Source of the DNA: Candidatus Omnitrophota bacterium
Lineage (GTDB): Bacteria > Omnitrophota > Gorgyraeia > Gygaellales > Profunditerraquicolaceae
Direction: 5' to 3'
Assembly (NCBI GenBank): GCA_035403145.1
Contig: DAONEO010000004.1
Span: 46,816 to 110,815 of the forward strand
DNA length: 64,000 nucleotides
The first letter of the stretch is position 1, and each line of letters starts with the position of its first letter. The notes below the pieces were generated by a model. It was not told the DNA's origin, made no database searches, and worked only from the letters and a program-made list of their open reading frames with translations. The translations under genes were made by a program, and so were the position numbers. Shown here piece after piece: positions 19,689 to 27,965 of this stretch.

Positions 19689-19810
19689 TTTCTGTCCGAG
19701 AATCGTAAACCGAATACCGCTTCCCGATGCGAATTCTTTTCTTGCCGGGGTAAATTTTTTATAGTACAATACCTTCATGCACGGGACAATGATAAAGCGA
19801 TAACATGGGA

Positions 19811-19846
19811 AAGCAGCTTTTTAAAGGCTGCTTTTTGTTTTTGTGG
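19811..19846 (+). terminator. Intrinsic terminator candidate
   Basis: An AAGCAGC-TTTTTAAAG-GCTGCTT hairpin is followed by TTTGTTTTTG. Confidence 0.4.
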
Positions 19847-19858
19847 TGAGGCAAGCGC

Positions 19859-20182
19859 ATGGTGTTTGATGAATTAAAGCAAAAGCTGGCAACGTTTTCA
19901 TATTCGGAGAAACGAGCCGATGATGCGGAGTATTTTGAAGGAGTGATTGATGCGGCTCAGCGCCAGAATATGTGCGCCTGTTTGGAGAATTTCTTAGGCA
20001 AACCGGTATGGCCGTCAAACGGCGATTTGCCTGAGCATATCGAAGAAGCGATTCAGGATTTGGGGGGTGTTTGGGAAAACCAGATGTTGTATTTCGGCGG
20101 GGATAGTCCCCAGGCGGTTTTTGCTATGCTTTGGCCGTGGAGCGACGGTAAACATATTACGGTAAAAGTCGGATTAAAATAG
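19859..20182 (+). CDS. Hypothetical protein
   Basis: A 107-aa ORF with no recognised motif. Confidence 0.35.
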   Translation: MVFDELKQKLATFSYSEKRADDAEYFEGVIDAAQRQNMCACLENFLGKPVWPSNGDLPEHIEEAIQDLGGVWENQMLYFGGDSPQAVFAMLWPWSDGKHITVKVGLK

Positions 20183-20195
20183 AGCGGAGGATATC

Positions 20196-20357
20196 ATGAT
20201 TGAAAGAAGCGAATTTAAAGGGAAGCCGGTACTTATTTTAAAAAGGGATGAGGAAGATCGTTATCCGTTTTCATTTGGCGTCGGCAAGGCACGTTTGATC
20301 GTCGAGAATTTCGAAGAGATCAAGAAATTTGTGCAGGAAAACGAAGAAAAAGCATAG
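20196..20357 (+). CDS. Small hypothetical protein of 53 aa, not in the supplied ORF track
   Basis: ATG 20196 is preceded by GGAGG with 5 nt spacing. It encodes MIERSEFKGKPVLILKRDEEDRYPFSFGVGKARLIVENFEEIKKFVQENEEKA. Confidence 0.35.
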   Translation: MIERSEFKGKPVLILKRDEEDRYPFSFGVGKARLIVENFEEIKKFVQENEEKA

Positions 20358-20521
20358 CGGAGTTTCTGAACGGGGTTATTTGCAAAACACCGTGGAATAT
20401 GGTATGCTTTATATAGGAGACCACAGAATCGGCAAGGGGAAAAATTACCAGCGGGCAGGCAATGCTCCGGTAAAACCAAAATTAAATTTTCTCCCCTTGC
20501 TTTTTATTTTGTAGAGGGGTT

Positions 20522-20791
20522 ATGCACGAAAAGAAATCGTTCTGGCAGCGTCTGATGTATACATACGAACTCGTGGGGACTGTTGAGCGTGACGGGCAGA
20601 TATTTAAGAAATATAAAAAGATCCCCCGTTATCCTGCGCTTAAAAGTATTGCGATTGTGTTTATGTATATGTGCGTATTAGGGGCAGTTTTTGTTTTTTT
20701 CAACTTTTTATGGAACCTGACGCAGTCCAAAAAAGATGTTCCTCCCCAGCAGCAGACACGGGCGTCTATACTGCAGCAGTATTTCGTGTAG
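20522..20791 (+). CDS. Small membrane protein, hypothetical
   Basis: An 89-aa ORF with one TM helix, IAIVFMYMCVLGAVFVFF, and a GAGGGG RBS. Confidence 0.35.
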   Translation: MHEKKSFWQRLMYTYELVGTVERDGQIFKKYKKIPRYPALKSIAIVFMYMCVLGAVFVFFNFLWNLTQSKKDVPPQQQTRASILQQYFV

Positions 20792-20830
20792 ACCTATCTA
20801 AAACCATATGTGTGCAATAAGGAGGGTGGT

Positions 20831-21376
20831 ATGAAACGTTTCTCTATCATCGGAGTATTTATTATGTGTGCGGCACTCTGTGCCGGGAAAGGGTTTGGCA
20901 TGGGCAATGCAACGGTTGTTCTTGAAACGACGCAGGGAAGTATCGAGGTAAAATTGTTTTCGGATATCGCACCCAAGGCCTGCGAGAATTTCACCGGTCT
21001 TGTTGAAAAAGGCTATTATAACGGAATCATATTCCATCGCGTTATCAAGGATTTTATGATCCAGGGCGGAGATCCGACTGGTACCGGTAGGGGCGGTCAG
21101 TCGTTGTGGGGAACGCCGTTTGAAGATGAGTGCAAGCCGGGTATTACGTTTAGCAAAAAAGGGATATTGGCAATGGCTAATGCCGGGCCGAGCACCAATG
21201 GCAGCCAATTTTTTATTACAACCGCTCCGACGCCATGGCTTAATATGAAACACACTATTTTTGGCGAGGTAGTTTCCGGCTACGATGTGGTTGCCAAGAT
21301 TGAGGGGGTTGCGACAGGCCCCGGTGACCGTCCGGTACAAGATGTTAAGATTATAAAGGCGTATGTCAAGAAATAA
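20831..21376 (+). CDS. ppiB: Peptidyl-prolyl cis-trans isomerase, cyclophilin type, secreted
   Basis: [26 protein letters not shown] and ...NGSQFFIT are cyclophilin signatures. A signal peptide is present, and an AAGGAGG RBS lies 6 nt before ATG 20831. Confidence 0.85.
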   Translation: MKRFSIIGVFIMCAALCAGKGFGMGNATVVLETTQGSIEVKLFSDIAPKACENFTGLVEKGYYNGIIFHRVIKDFMIQGGDPTGTGRGGQSLWGTPFEDECKPGITFSKKGILAMANAGPSTNGSQFFITTAPTPWLNMKHTIFGEVVSGYDVVAKIEGVATGPGDRPVQDVKIIKAYVKK

Positions 21377-21378
21377 GC

Positions 21379-21876
21379 ATGGCAGATACTTTTTCATTTG
21401 ATATCGTTTCCGAGGTTAATTTGCAGGAAGTTGATAATGCAGTGAATCAGGCTGCCAAAGAGCTTGCGCAGCGGTATGATTTTAAGGGCTCACAATCGTC
21501 GTTTGCCTTTGATCGCGCTGAAAAAAAGATTACCGTGATTGCCGACGACGATTTTAAGCTGCGCGCGCTTAAAGATATGCTTGCTACGCGGCTTGCCAAA
21601 CGCGGCGTATCGCTTAAATCGTTGCAGTTTGGCGGAGAAGAGCATGCGTTTGAGGGGACGATCCGTCAGGTTGCGGAAATTGCCACCGGACTTCCGAAAG
21701 AAAAAGCCAAAGAATTGGTACAGATTATTAAAGGAGTTAATCCAAAGATTCAGACGCAGATTGAGGGAGAGAAAGTCAGGGTTCTATCACCTAAGAAAGA
21801 TGATTTGCAGGCCGTTATTGCTCACCTAAGGTCGCTGGACTTTTCCCTGCCGTTGAGTTTCTGTAATTACCGATAG
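21379..21876 (+). CDS. yajQ: YajQ family nucleotide-binding protein (UPF0234)
   Basis: MADTFSFDIVSEVNLQEVDNAVNQAAKEL..RYDFKGS is typical of the YajQ N-terminus, and the protein is about 165 aa. Confidence 0.75.
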   Translation: MADTFSFDIVSEVNLQEVDNAVNQAAKELAQRYDFKGSQSSFAFDRAEKKITVIADDDFKLRALKDMLATRLAKRGVSLKSLQFGGEEHAFEGTIRQVAEIATGLPKEKAKELVQIIKGVNPKIQTQIEGEKVRVLSPKKDDLQAVIAHLRSLDFSLPLSFCNYR

Positions 21877-22255
21877 TTTTGGAAAGTGGCTTTTGTAGCG
21901 ATGGTACTGTAATGAGTATCCGTGAGAAAAATCCTGTTCGGTTTAATGAGTCCGGGATATTTTCTTGCTCAAGCTACATTGCCTAAAATCGACATTCGCT
22001 CAATAATATTCCTGATTCATTTTAGCAATGGGTTTACTTTTTTTTAAGAATAGGCAAGAACGTATGCTTGTGGTGATGGCAAGGCTTGTCGTACGCAGGA
22101 CGTGGGAGGCTACGATCGGGCACGGATCGTCTGTAGAATACTTCCGGCGAGAGCGAGCGTGACGACCACGAGCGAAGATTTTCCACGCCGGGGGAAATCG
22201 AGTGATCCTGCGGAAAATCATGATTTGCCAGGACCCGCAACCAAAAAATGAACCG

Positions 22256-24307
22256 ATGAAAAAAATAGACTACACACAAGAGTTGAATTCCGCACAATTA
22301 CAGGCTGTTCAGTCTACTGAAGGCCCGCATCTGGTTATTGCCGGTGCCGGAAGCGGTAAGACGCGTGTTCTGGTTTATCGCGTGGCGCATCTGGTAGAAA
22401 AAGGGATATTGCCGGAGCAGATTCTTCTGTTGACCTTTACGCGCAAAGCTTCTTTTGAAATGTTGCGGCGCGCTTCGCTTCTTCTGGATGACCGATGTCA
22501 GCATGTTGCCGGAGGGACCTTCCACTCTTTTGCAAACATGACGTTGCGCAAATATGCCGCATATATCGGTATTTCAAATTCATTTACCATCCTTGATCAG
22601 TCTGATGCCGAGGATACGCTTAATTTAGTGCGCACGCAGCTCGGTTTTCATAAACTCGATAAACGTTTCCCCCGCAAACACGCCTTGCTTGAAATTATTT
22701 CAAAAAGCGTTAATACATCACAGGAGCTTGGCAAGGTTATGTATGATGAATTTCCCCATTTTCTTGAATGGGAGAAAGAGGTTAGTAAGATCCGCGATGG
22801 GTATGCGGCGTATAAGAAAGAAAAGTCACTTCTTGATTATGATGATCTCTTGGTTTATCTGAAAAATCTCCTGGTAACCAGGGATGATATCCGTAAAACC
22901 CTTTCTCGCATGTACCGGTATATCATGGTTGACGAGTATCAGGATACAAATAAGTTGCAGGCCTATATTGTCTGCCTTTTGGCAAGCGAACATAAGAATG
23001 TGATGGTTGTCGGAGATGATTCACAGAGTATTTATTCATTCCGCGGCGCTAATTTTAAAAATATCATGGATTTTCCCCGGATATTTGAAGGCGCCAAAAT
23101 TATCACGCTTGAAGAAAATTATCGGTCTATGCAGCCAATTTTGAATCTTACAAATGAGGTTTTGGTCCATGCGCGTGAAAAATTCGAAAAGACACTGTAT
23201 ACGAAGAAGAAGGGGGGCACAACGCCGGTTTTCGTCGATGCGCACGATGACCATGCGCAGTCGCGATATGTCGCTGATAGGATCCTGGAGCTTCGCGAAG
23301 AGGGGGTTGAGCTTGGTGATATCGCCGTTCTCTTCCGGTCAGGCTGGCACTCGAACGATCTGGAGGTCGAACTTACCAGCCGCAATATCCCCTTTGTAAA
23401 ATACGGCGGCCAGAAATTCGTCGAAGCAGCGCATATTAAAGATATTATTTCATTTTTGCGCATTGTTTATAATAAGGCTGATGCGGTGAGTTGGTATCGG
23501 GCATTGCTTCTTTTGCGCGGGGTTGGTCCTAAAACCGCGGAGAAAATAATCGCGGAAATCATTGGTAACAAAAAAGGGTTTGCTCTTGAAGATCGGTTAA
23601 TTAAAAAGCAGGAAGATATGGCTGCCTTATTTGATATTCTGCGTAAAGTTGACACTGCACCAATGACGCCGGTTGAATTGATCCAGGTCTTTCTCGGGTA
23701 TTACCAGCCGCTTCTACAGGATAAGTATGATGATTATCACAAGCGGTTGAATGACCTTGCTTCATTGGAACGGATTGCTGAGCGGTATGATACTTTGGAG
23801 GGATTTTTGACGGATATGGCGCTTGAGCCTCCCGAACGCACGCTGGTTGAAGCAGGCAGGCGTGATGGCGATGATTCAACGTTGACACTCTCTACGATAC
23901 ACTCAGCCAAAGGCTTGGAGTGGCATACGGTTTTTGTTCTCTATGTTGCCGAAGGGCACCTGCCGTCCTATTTATCTATGGAGGATGAAGAAGCGATTGA
24001 AGAAGAACGCAGGCTTTTTTATGTTGCGTGTACCCGCGCAAAAGAGAATCTGTATCTTCTTAAGCCGCATATGGATCATTCTCCCCGTGGTTTTATGAAC
24101 AGCGGCGGGTCTGTTTTTACCGAAATCTCGCGGTTTCTTCTTGAGGGTAACCTCATGGAACGTTTTTTGACTATTGAAGGTGCCGGTCAGGAAGAAGGGC
24201 TTGATGCTGTTGGAATAGAAGATATTATCGGTGAAGACAAAGGTATGGATCGCAACTTGTTGGGGCGTATGCGCGAGTTCTTCCCTGATGAAGACTACCC
24301 CGTATAA
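22256..24307 (+). CDS. UvrD/PcrA/Rep-family ATP-dependent DNA helicase
   Basis: LNSAQLQAVQSTEGPHLVIAGAGSGKTRVL is helicase motif I and the Q-motif region. VDEYQDT is motif II, and the C-terminus has ...YVACTRAKENLYLL. The ORF opens at 22202. Confidence 0.85.
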   Translation: MKKIDYTQELNSAQLQAVQSTEGPHLVIAGAGSGKTRVLVYRVAHLVEKGILPEQILLLTFTRKASFEMLRRASLLLDDRCQHVAGGTFHSFANMTLRKYAAYIGISNSFTILDQSDAEDTLNLVRTQLGFHKLDKRFPRKHALLEIISKSVNTSQELGKVMYDEFPHFLEWEKEVSKIRDGYAAYKKEKSLLDYDDLLVYLKNLLVTRDDIRKTLSRMYRYIMVDEYQDTNKLQAYIVCLLASEHKNVMVVGDDSQSIYSFRGANFKNIMDFPRIFEGAKIITLEENYRSMQPILNLTNEVLVHAREKFEKTLYTKKKGGTTPVFVDAHDDHAQSRYVADRILELREEGVELGDIAVLFRSGWHSNDLEVELTSRNIPFVKYGGQKFVEAAHIKDIISFLRIVYNKADAVSWYRALLLLRGVGPKTAEKIIAEIIGNKKGFALEDRLIKKQEDMAALFDILRKVDTAPMTPVELIQVFLGYYQPLLQDKYDDYHKRLNDLASLERIAERYDTLEGFLTDMALEPPERTLVEAGRRDGDDSTLTLSTIHSAKGLEWHTVFVLYVAEGHLPSYLSMEDEEAIEEERRLFYVACTRAKENLYLLKPHMDHSPRGFMNSGGSVFTEISRFLLEGNLMERFLTIEGAGQEEGLDAVGIEDIIGEDKGMDRNLLGRMREFFPDEDYPV

Positions 24308-24314
24308 CAATTTT

Positions 24315-24331
24315 TACACCTCTGGGGTGTA
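24315..24331. repeat. REP-like palindrome TACACCTCTGGGGTGTA, related to the palindromes flanking the RAYT transposase at 62.2-63.0 kb
   Basis: It is a near-perfect 17-bp palindrome followed by A6 and T6 runs, and it matches TACACCCCTGGGGTGTA at 62970-62986. Confidence 0.55.
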
Positions 24332-24405
24332 AAAAAGGTTTTTTGATGAAGATTATCTGCTATAACTCCGCATGAATCATAGACTTAACTTTCAGTTAAA
24401 ATTTC

Positions 24406-24433
24406 TTGACAGACCAGAAATAGGAATTATAAT
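24406..24433 (+). promoter_or_regulatory. Consensus sigma70-type promoter
   Basis: TTGACA at 24406-24411, a 16-nt spacer and TATAAT at 24428-24433 sit about 40 nt upstream of the first gene of the biosynthetic cluster. Confidence 0.5.
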
Positions 24434-24472
24434 ATTCAGACATAGTCAAATTTTACTATTTATGGTGAACAT

Positions 24473-24736
24473 ATGAATTGGAATCCCCAGACACTAGAAA
24501 AATTTAAAGTTATGATCTCTAAAATCCCGATTTTTCATCGAGCGATTACTCTGGAGGTTGTTACTAAAAAAGCAGAAGAGTTGGCAGTAGCGCGGCAAGC
24601 TTCGCAGGTGGAAGAAGTGGATATTATAAACGCATTTTTCTCCGATGTCCCCAGTCCTTTTTATAGCATGATGGTCCGCCTTTTGGAGCAGAACGGTTTT
24701 GATTATAAGAAATACGGATATCCGAAAACGCATTAG
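24473..24736 (+). CDS. Small protein with a PCP-reductase-type domain (the domain found at the C-terminus of protochlorophyllide reductase BchB, PF08369-like)
   Basis: MNWNPQTLEKFKVMISKIPIFHRAITLEVVTKKAEELAVARQ fits the W..EA...L..IP.F.R.....E..A pattern of that domain. Confidence 0.4.
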   Translation: MNWNPQTLEKFKVMISKIPIFHRAITLEVVTKKAEELAVARQASQVEEVDIINAFFSDVPSPFYSMMVRLLEQNGFDYKKYGYPKTH

Positions 24737-24739
24737 AGT

Positions 24740-25756
24740 ATGAAGATTGCTGTTATCGGTGCGGGTGCTATCGGCGGGCTTGTCGCCGGTTATCTGAAGC
24801 AAAAAGGCAATGACGTTGCGTTAGTTGCTCATGCGGATTCGGTTGCTGCTATCCGGCGCGACGGGTTACATATTGCAGGTGTTCGTCATGAAGTTTCTGT
24901 GCGGATTGATGTTACTGACCACCTTGCATGTTCGCCTGATTTGACAATTCTTGCCACCAAATCTCAGGATTTGGATGATTGTATGCGTTACCATGCGCCT
25001 TGTATGAAAACAGGGCTTGTTTTGACTACGCAGAACGGCGTTCGAGCCGATGAAATTGTTGCTCAGTATATCCCTCGCCTGAATATTGTCTCAAGTATCG
25101 TAATGTTTGGCGCAACACGGCTCAAGCCAGGCAGGATTATGCATAATTTTGAAGGGGACTGGATCATCGGTAAACCCTTTAGTCCGAATGATGCAACGGT
25201 CGCAACGATTGCCGGAGTGCTTGATCAGGCATTCCCAACTGTTGTCAGCGATACTATTTCCGGGATGAAGTACCTTAAATTATTCGTGAACGCCAATAAT
25301 TGTATTCCCGGGATACTCGGTGTCAGTATGCAGGAGGCATTTGCCGACGAGAAAGTATGCGCGATCAGCATTGCTCTCTGGAAAGAAGGATTGGCGGTTG
25401 TTAATACCGCAGGGATTAAGCTTGCGTCGCTCCCCGATTTCCCTTTGGAGCGTTTGATGAAATTGACTGCGATGCCGCTTCGTGAAGCCGCCAAGATCTT
25501 TTCTGGTATTATGGTGAATTTGAGTAAAGCGCCGTTGTATGGCTCCATCTTGCAGAGTATTAAACGCGGCAAGCAGTCAGAGATAGATTTTATAAACGGG
25601 GAATTTGTCCTTTTGGCGCGGACGTTCAAGACGGTCGCTCCATTGCATGAGAAAGTGGTTGTGATGGTGCATGAAGTTGAACGTACGAATAAATTTTTTA
25701 GCAAAGACGAGTTATTGAGATCAGTAAACCAGTTTGTTCCTGAAGGAGTGCTGTAA
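24740..25756 (+). CDS. Ketopantoate reductase (ApbA/PanE) family NAD(P)-dependent oxidoreductase
   Basis: MKIAVIGAGAIGGLVAGYL is a Rossmann motif. The length and the C-terminal helical domain fit ApbA/PanE. Confidence 0.6.
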   Translation: MKIAVIGAGAIGGLVAGYLKQKGNDVALVAHADSVAAIRRDGLHIAGVRHEVSVRIDVTDHLACSPDLTILATKSQDLDDCMRYHAPCMKTGLVLTTQNGVRADEIVAQYIPRLNIVSSIVMFGATRLKPGRIMHNFEGDWIIGKPFSPNDATVATIAGVLDQAFPTVVSDTISGMKYLKLFVNANNCIPGILGVSMQEAFADEKVCAISIALWKEGLAVVNTAGIKLASLPDFPLERLMKLTAMPLREAAKIFSGIMVNLSKAPLYGSILQSIKRGKQSEIDFINGEFVLLARTFKTVAPLHEKVVVMVHEVERTNKFFSKDELLRSVNQFVPEGVL

Positions 25757-25758
25757 GT

Positions 25759-26352
25759 ATGGTAGATACGCCGTTTCCAAAGTTGAAATTAACCGTTACC
25801 GGAGTTGGAGGGGTGTGTTATCACGGGTATACGATCGGGGATGAAATTATCCTTGATGATTTTACTCATCCGCCGCAACATTTTTGCCTTGGTTTGGCAC
25901 ATGCGGCGTTCCCTAATCTCTACGCTCTCAGTTTTGGCGCACAATTTCCTTTTCGCGATAATCAGCGATCATTGTCGGTTACCTGCCCTGACGGCGGGAA
26001 GCTTGAATTCAAAGTCGAGATTCTCGATAAACAGGGCAATGTCGAAGTTGTTCCTAAAGATCCCAATTTCAAGGGACCCAATCCAAAAAAAATGGTTATT
26101 GAAGTTGTTAAAGCAAAAGGTAAATGTACGTTTGGGTATAAGATCGGTGATACATGGGAGACCACGGGATTAAAGTGTATCCCCGGTTTTTGCGGTGCGG
26201 CGTTTCATTGCGCGTTCCCAGCGTTGTTTGCGCTTAATTTCGGCGCGCGGTTCTTTTTTATGCAGGATCCGAATTCTATTGATACGGTTACCTGCCCTGA
26301 CGGCGGCAATATAGTATTCAAGGTTCGTAGAGTAGAAGAGAAAAAAGAATAG
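25759..26352 (+). CDS. Cys/His-rich protein made of two tandem homologous ~95-aa modules, function unknown
   Basis: Both modules share C..G[YF].IGD, C.G.A.H.AFP.L.AL.FGA.F.F.D and VTCPDGG...FKV. This is an internal duplication. Confidence 0.55.
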   Translation: MVDTPFPKLKLTVTGVGGVCYHGYTIGDEIILDDFTHPPQHFCLGLAHAAFPNLYALSFGAQFPFRDNQRSLSVTCPDGGKLEFKVEILDKQGNVEVVPKDPNFKGPNPKKMVIEVVKAKGKCTFGYKIGDTWETTGLKCIPGFCGAAFHCAFPALFALNFGARFFFMQDPNSIDTVTCPDGGNIVFKVRRVEEKKE

Positions 26353-26493
26353 TTGAGCGCCTGGCTCATTGCGTAGAGGTCATAGGATGTTTTTCGACGG
26401 AGGCTGACCCGCGATTTTAAATTTTACGGTGAGCTATCAGCTACGAGCAATGATCTCAACGCGCAATCAGTATATTACCTAAGGAAGTGCATT

Positions 26494-27756
26494 ATGTTTA
26501 AAAAGAGAAGAGTTGTCGTTACCGGTATTGGCGTTATTTCGCCGAATGGTATTGGGAAAGAAAACGTGTGGAAGTCGATGTCAAACGGTGTTTCCGGCAT
26601 TCGCCGGGTCGATCAATTTGACGTCTCCGTTTTTAATACGAAGATCGCGGCGCAAGTGCTTGATTTTGATCCGTTCAAATTCGGCCTGACGCATGACGAA
26701 GTTATGCGCATGGACCGGTATGTGCAATTCGGCGTCGTAGCCGGTACGATGGCTGTCCAGGACAGCAAAATAGATTTTTCAACGCTTGACCGTAACCGGG
26801 TCGGTGTTTGTTTAGCAAATGCGATCTGCGGGACTAAATATATGGAAGAAGAATTCGCCTTGGTTACCGACGGCGGGAAAAACCCGATTGACCCGGCTCA
26901 GGGCAGACCCGATCTCTATGATGCCGCAATGTTCAATACCCCTTCGATCGAGTTGTCCGCAAAATACAAATTAAACGGTGTTTGTACGACCATCTCAACG
27001 GGATGCACTGCCGGAACAGACGCGATCGGATATGCATTGGAGTCAATCCAAGATGGCGAGCATGATGTGATTATTGCCGGAGCCGCGGAAGCGCCGCTGA
27101 CCCCGATCACGTTTGGTGCATTTGACGTGGTGAATGTTTTGTCTGCTCATAATGATGAACCGCAAAAAGCTTCGCGTCCGTTTGATAATAAACGCGATGG
27201 ATTTGTCCTTTCCGAGGGGGCGGGCGTTTTGATCCTTGAGGAACTGGGACATGCTTTGAAACGCAACGCGCATATTTACGCGGAAGTACTTGGTTTTGGT
27301 ACAAGCTGTAACGCGTTTCACATGACGGATCTACCGGCAGATGGCGGCGCTATGGCCCGTTGTATTAAACTTGCGCTTGACGACGCCTCCATGAAACCCG
27401 CGGAGATCGAGTATATCAGCGCGCATGGTTCATCAACACGTATGAATGATATTTTTGAAACAGCCGCCTATAAAATGGTCTTTGGAGAGCATGCCTATAC
27501 GATTCCTATCAGTTCGTTGAAATCAATGATCGGGCATCCTTTGGCGGCGTCCAATGCTGTGGAGTTAACGGTTTGCATGATGATTTTTCAGAATAATCTC
27601 TTGCCTCCGACGATAAATCAGGAAGAAAAAGATCCTTTGTGCGATCTCGATTATATTCCGAATGTCGCCCGCAGCAAGAAAGTCAATACGATTATTAAAA
27701 CGAGCAGCGGTTTTTCGGGGATTCATTCGTCATTAATTATGAGGCGGTACTCATGA
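26494..27756 (+). CDS. Beta-ketoacyl synthase, KS-alpha (FabF/type II PKS KS)
   Basis: The active-site Cys lies in TISTGCTAGTDAIGYA, and the two His lie in YISAHGSST and KSMIGHPLAAS. Confidence 0.85.
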   Translation: MFKKRRVVVTGIGVISPNGIGKENVWKSMSNGVSGIRRVDQFDVSVFNTKIAAQVLDFDPFKFGLTHDEVMRMDRYVQFGVVAGTMAVQDSKIDFSTLDRNRVGVCLANAICGTKYMEEEFALVTDGGKNPIDPAQGRPDLYDAAMFNTPSIELSAKYKLNGVCTTISTGCTAGTDAIGYALESIQDGEHDVIIAGAAEAPLTPITFGAFDVVNVLSAHNDEPQKASRPFDNKRDGFVLSEGAGVLILEELGHALKRNAHIYAEVLGFGTSCNAFHMTDLPADGGAMARCIKLALDDASMKPAEIEYISAHGSSTRMNDIFETAAYKMVFGEHAYTIPISSLKSMIGHPLAASNAVELTVCMMIFQNNLLPPTINQEEKDPLCDLDYIPNVARSKKVNTIIKTSSGFSGIHSSLIMRRYS

Positions 27757-27965
27757 ACCCCGCATCTTCAATATGTTCCACAAGGTACCATGGTTACTTG
27801 TTGCAGGGCCAGCGCAAGGGTATTTCTTTTGAAGATGCCCCAAAATATGAGGAATCCCTTCAATCAAGTGGTAAGGCATATAGTCTTTTAAAGAAAAGAA
27901 TTCATACAAGTTTTGACCAATTACCGTCTTCACCTATGAATACTTTGGAGGTGCAGGGTGGATAA
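27753..27965 (+). CDS. Small 70-aa ORF translationally coupled between the KS-alpha and KS-beta genes, hypothetical
   Basis: Its ATG overlaps the KS-alpha TGA as ATGA, and its stop overlaps the KS-beta GTG start by 8 nt. No motif was recognised. Confidence 0.35.
   Translation: MNPASSICSTRYHGYLLQGQRKGISFEDAPKYEESLQSSGKAYSLLKKRIHTSFDQLPSSPMNTLEVQGG

Noticed and set aside
20358-20521. A possible riboswitch or structured leader before the small membrane protein gene
   Set aside because: A long-range inverted repeat with a T-run is present, but I could not match any riboswitch consensus that I know. It is reported only as part of the shared 13-mer finding.
25805-26173. A 122-aa alternate-frame ORF inside the tandem-module protein gene
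   Set aside because: It overlaps the frame that carries the conserved duplicated Cys motifs and has no features of its own.
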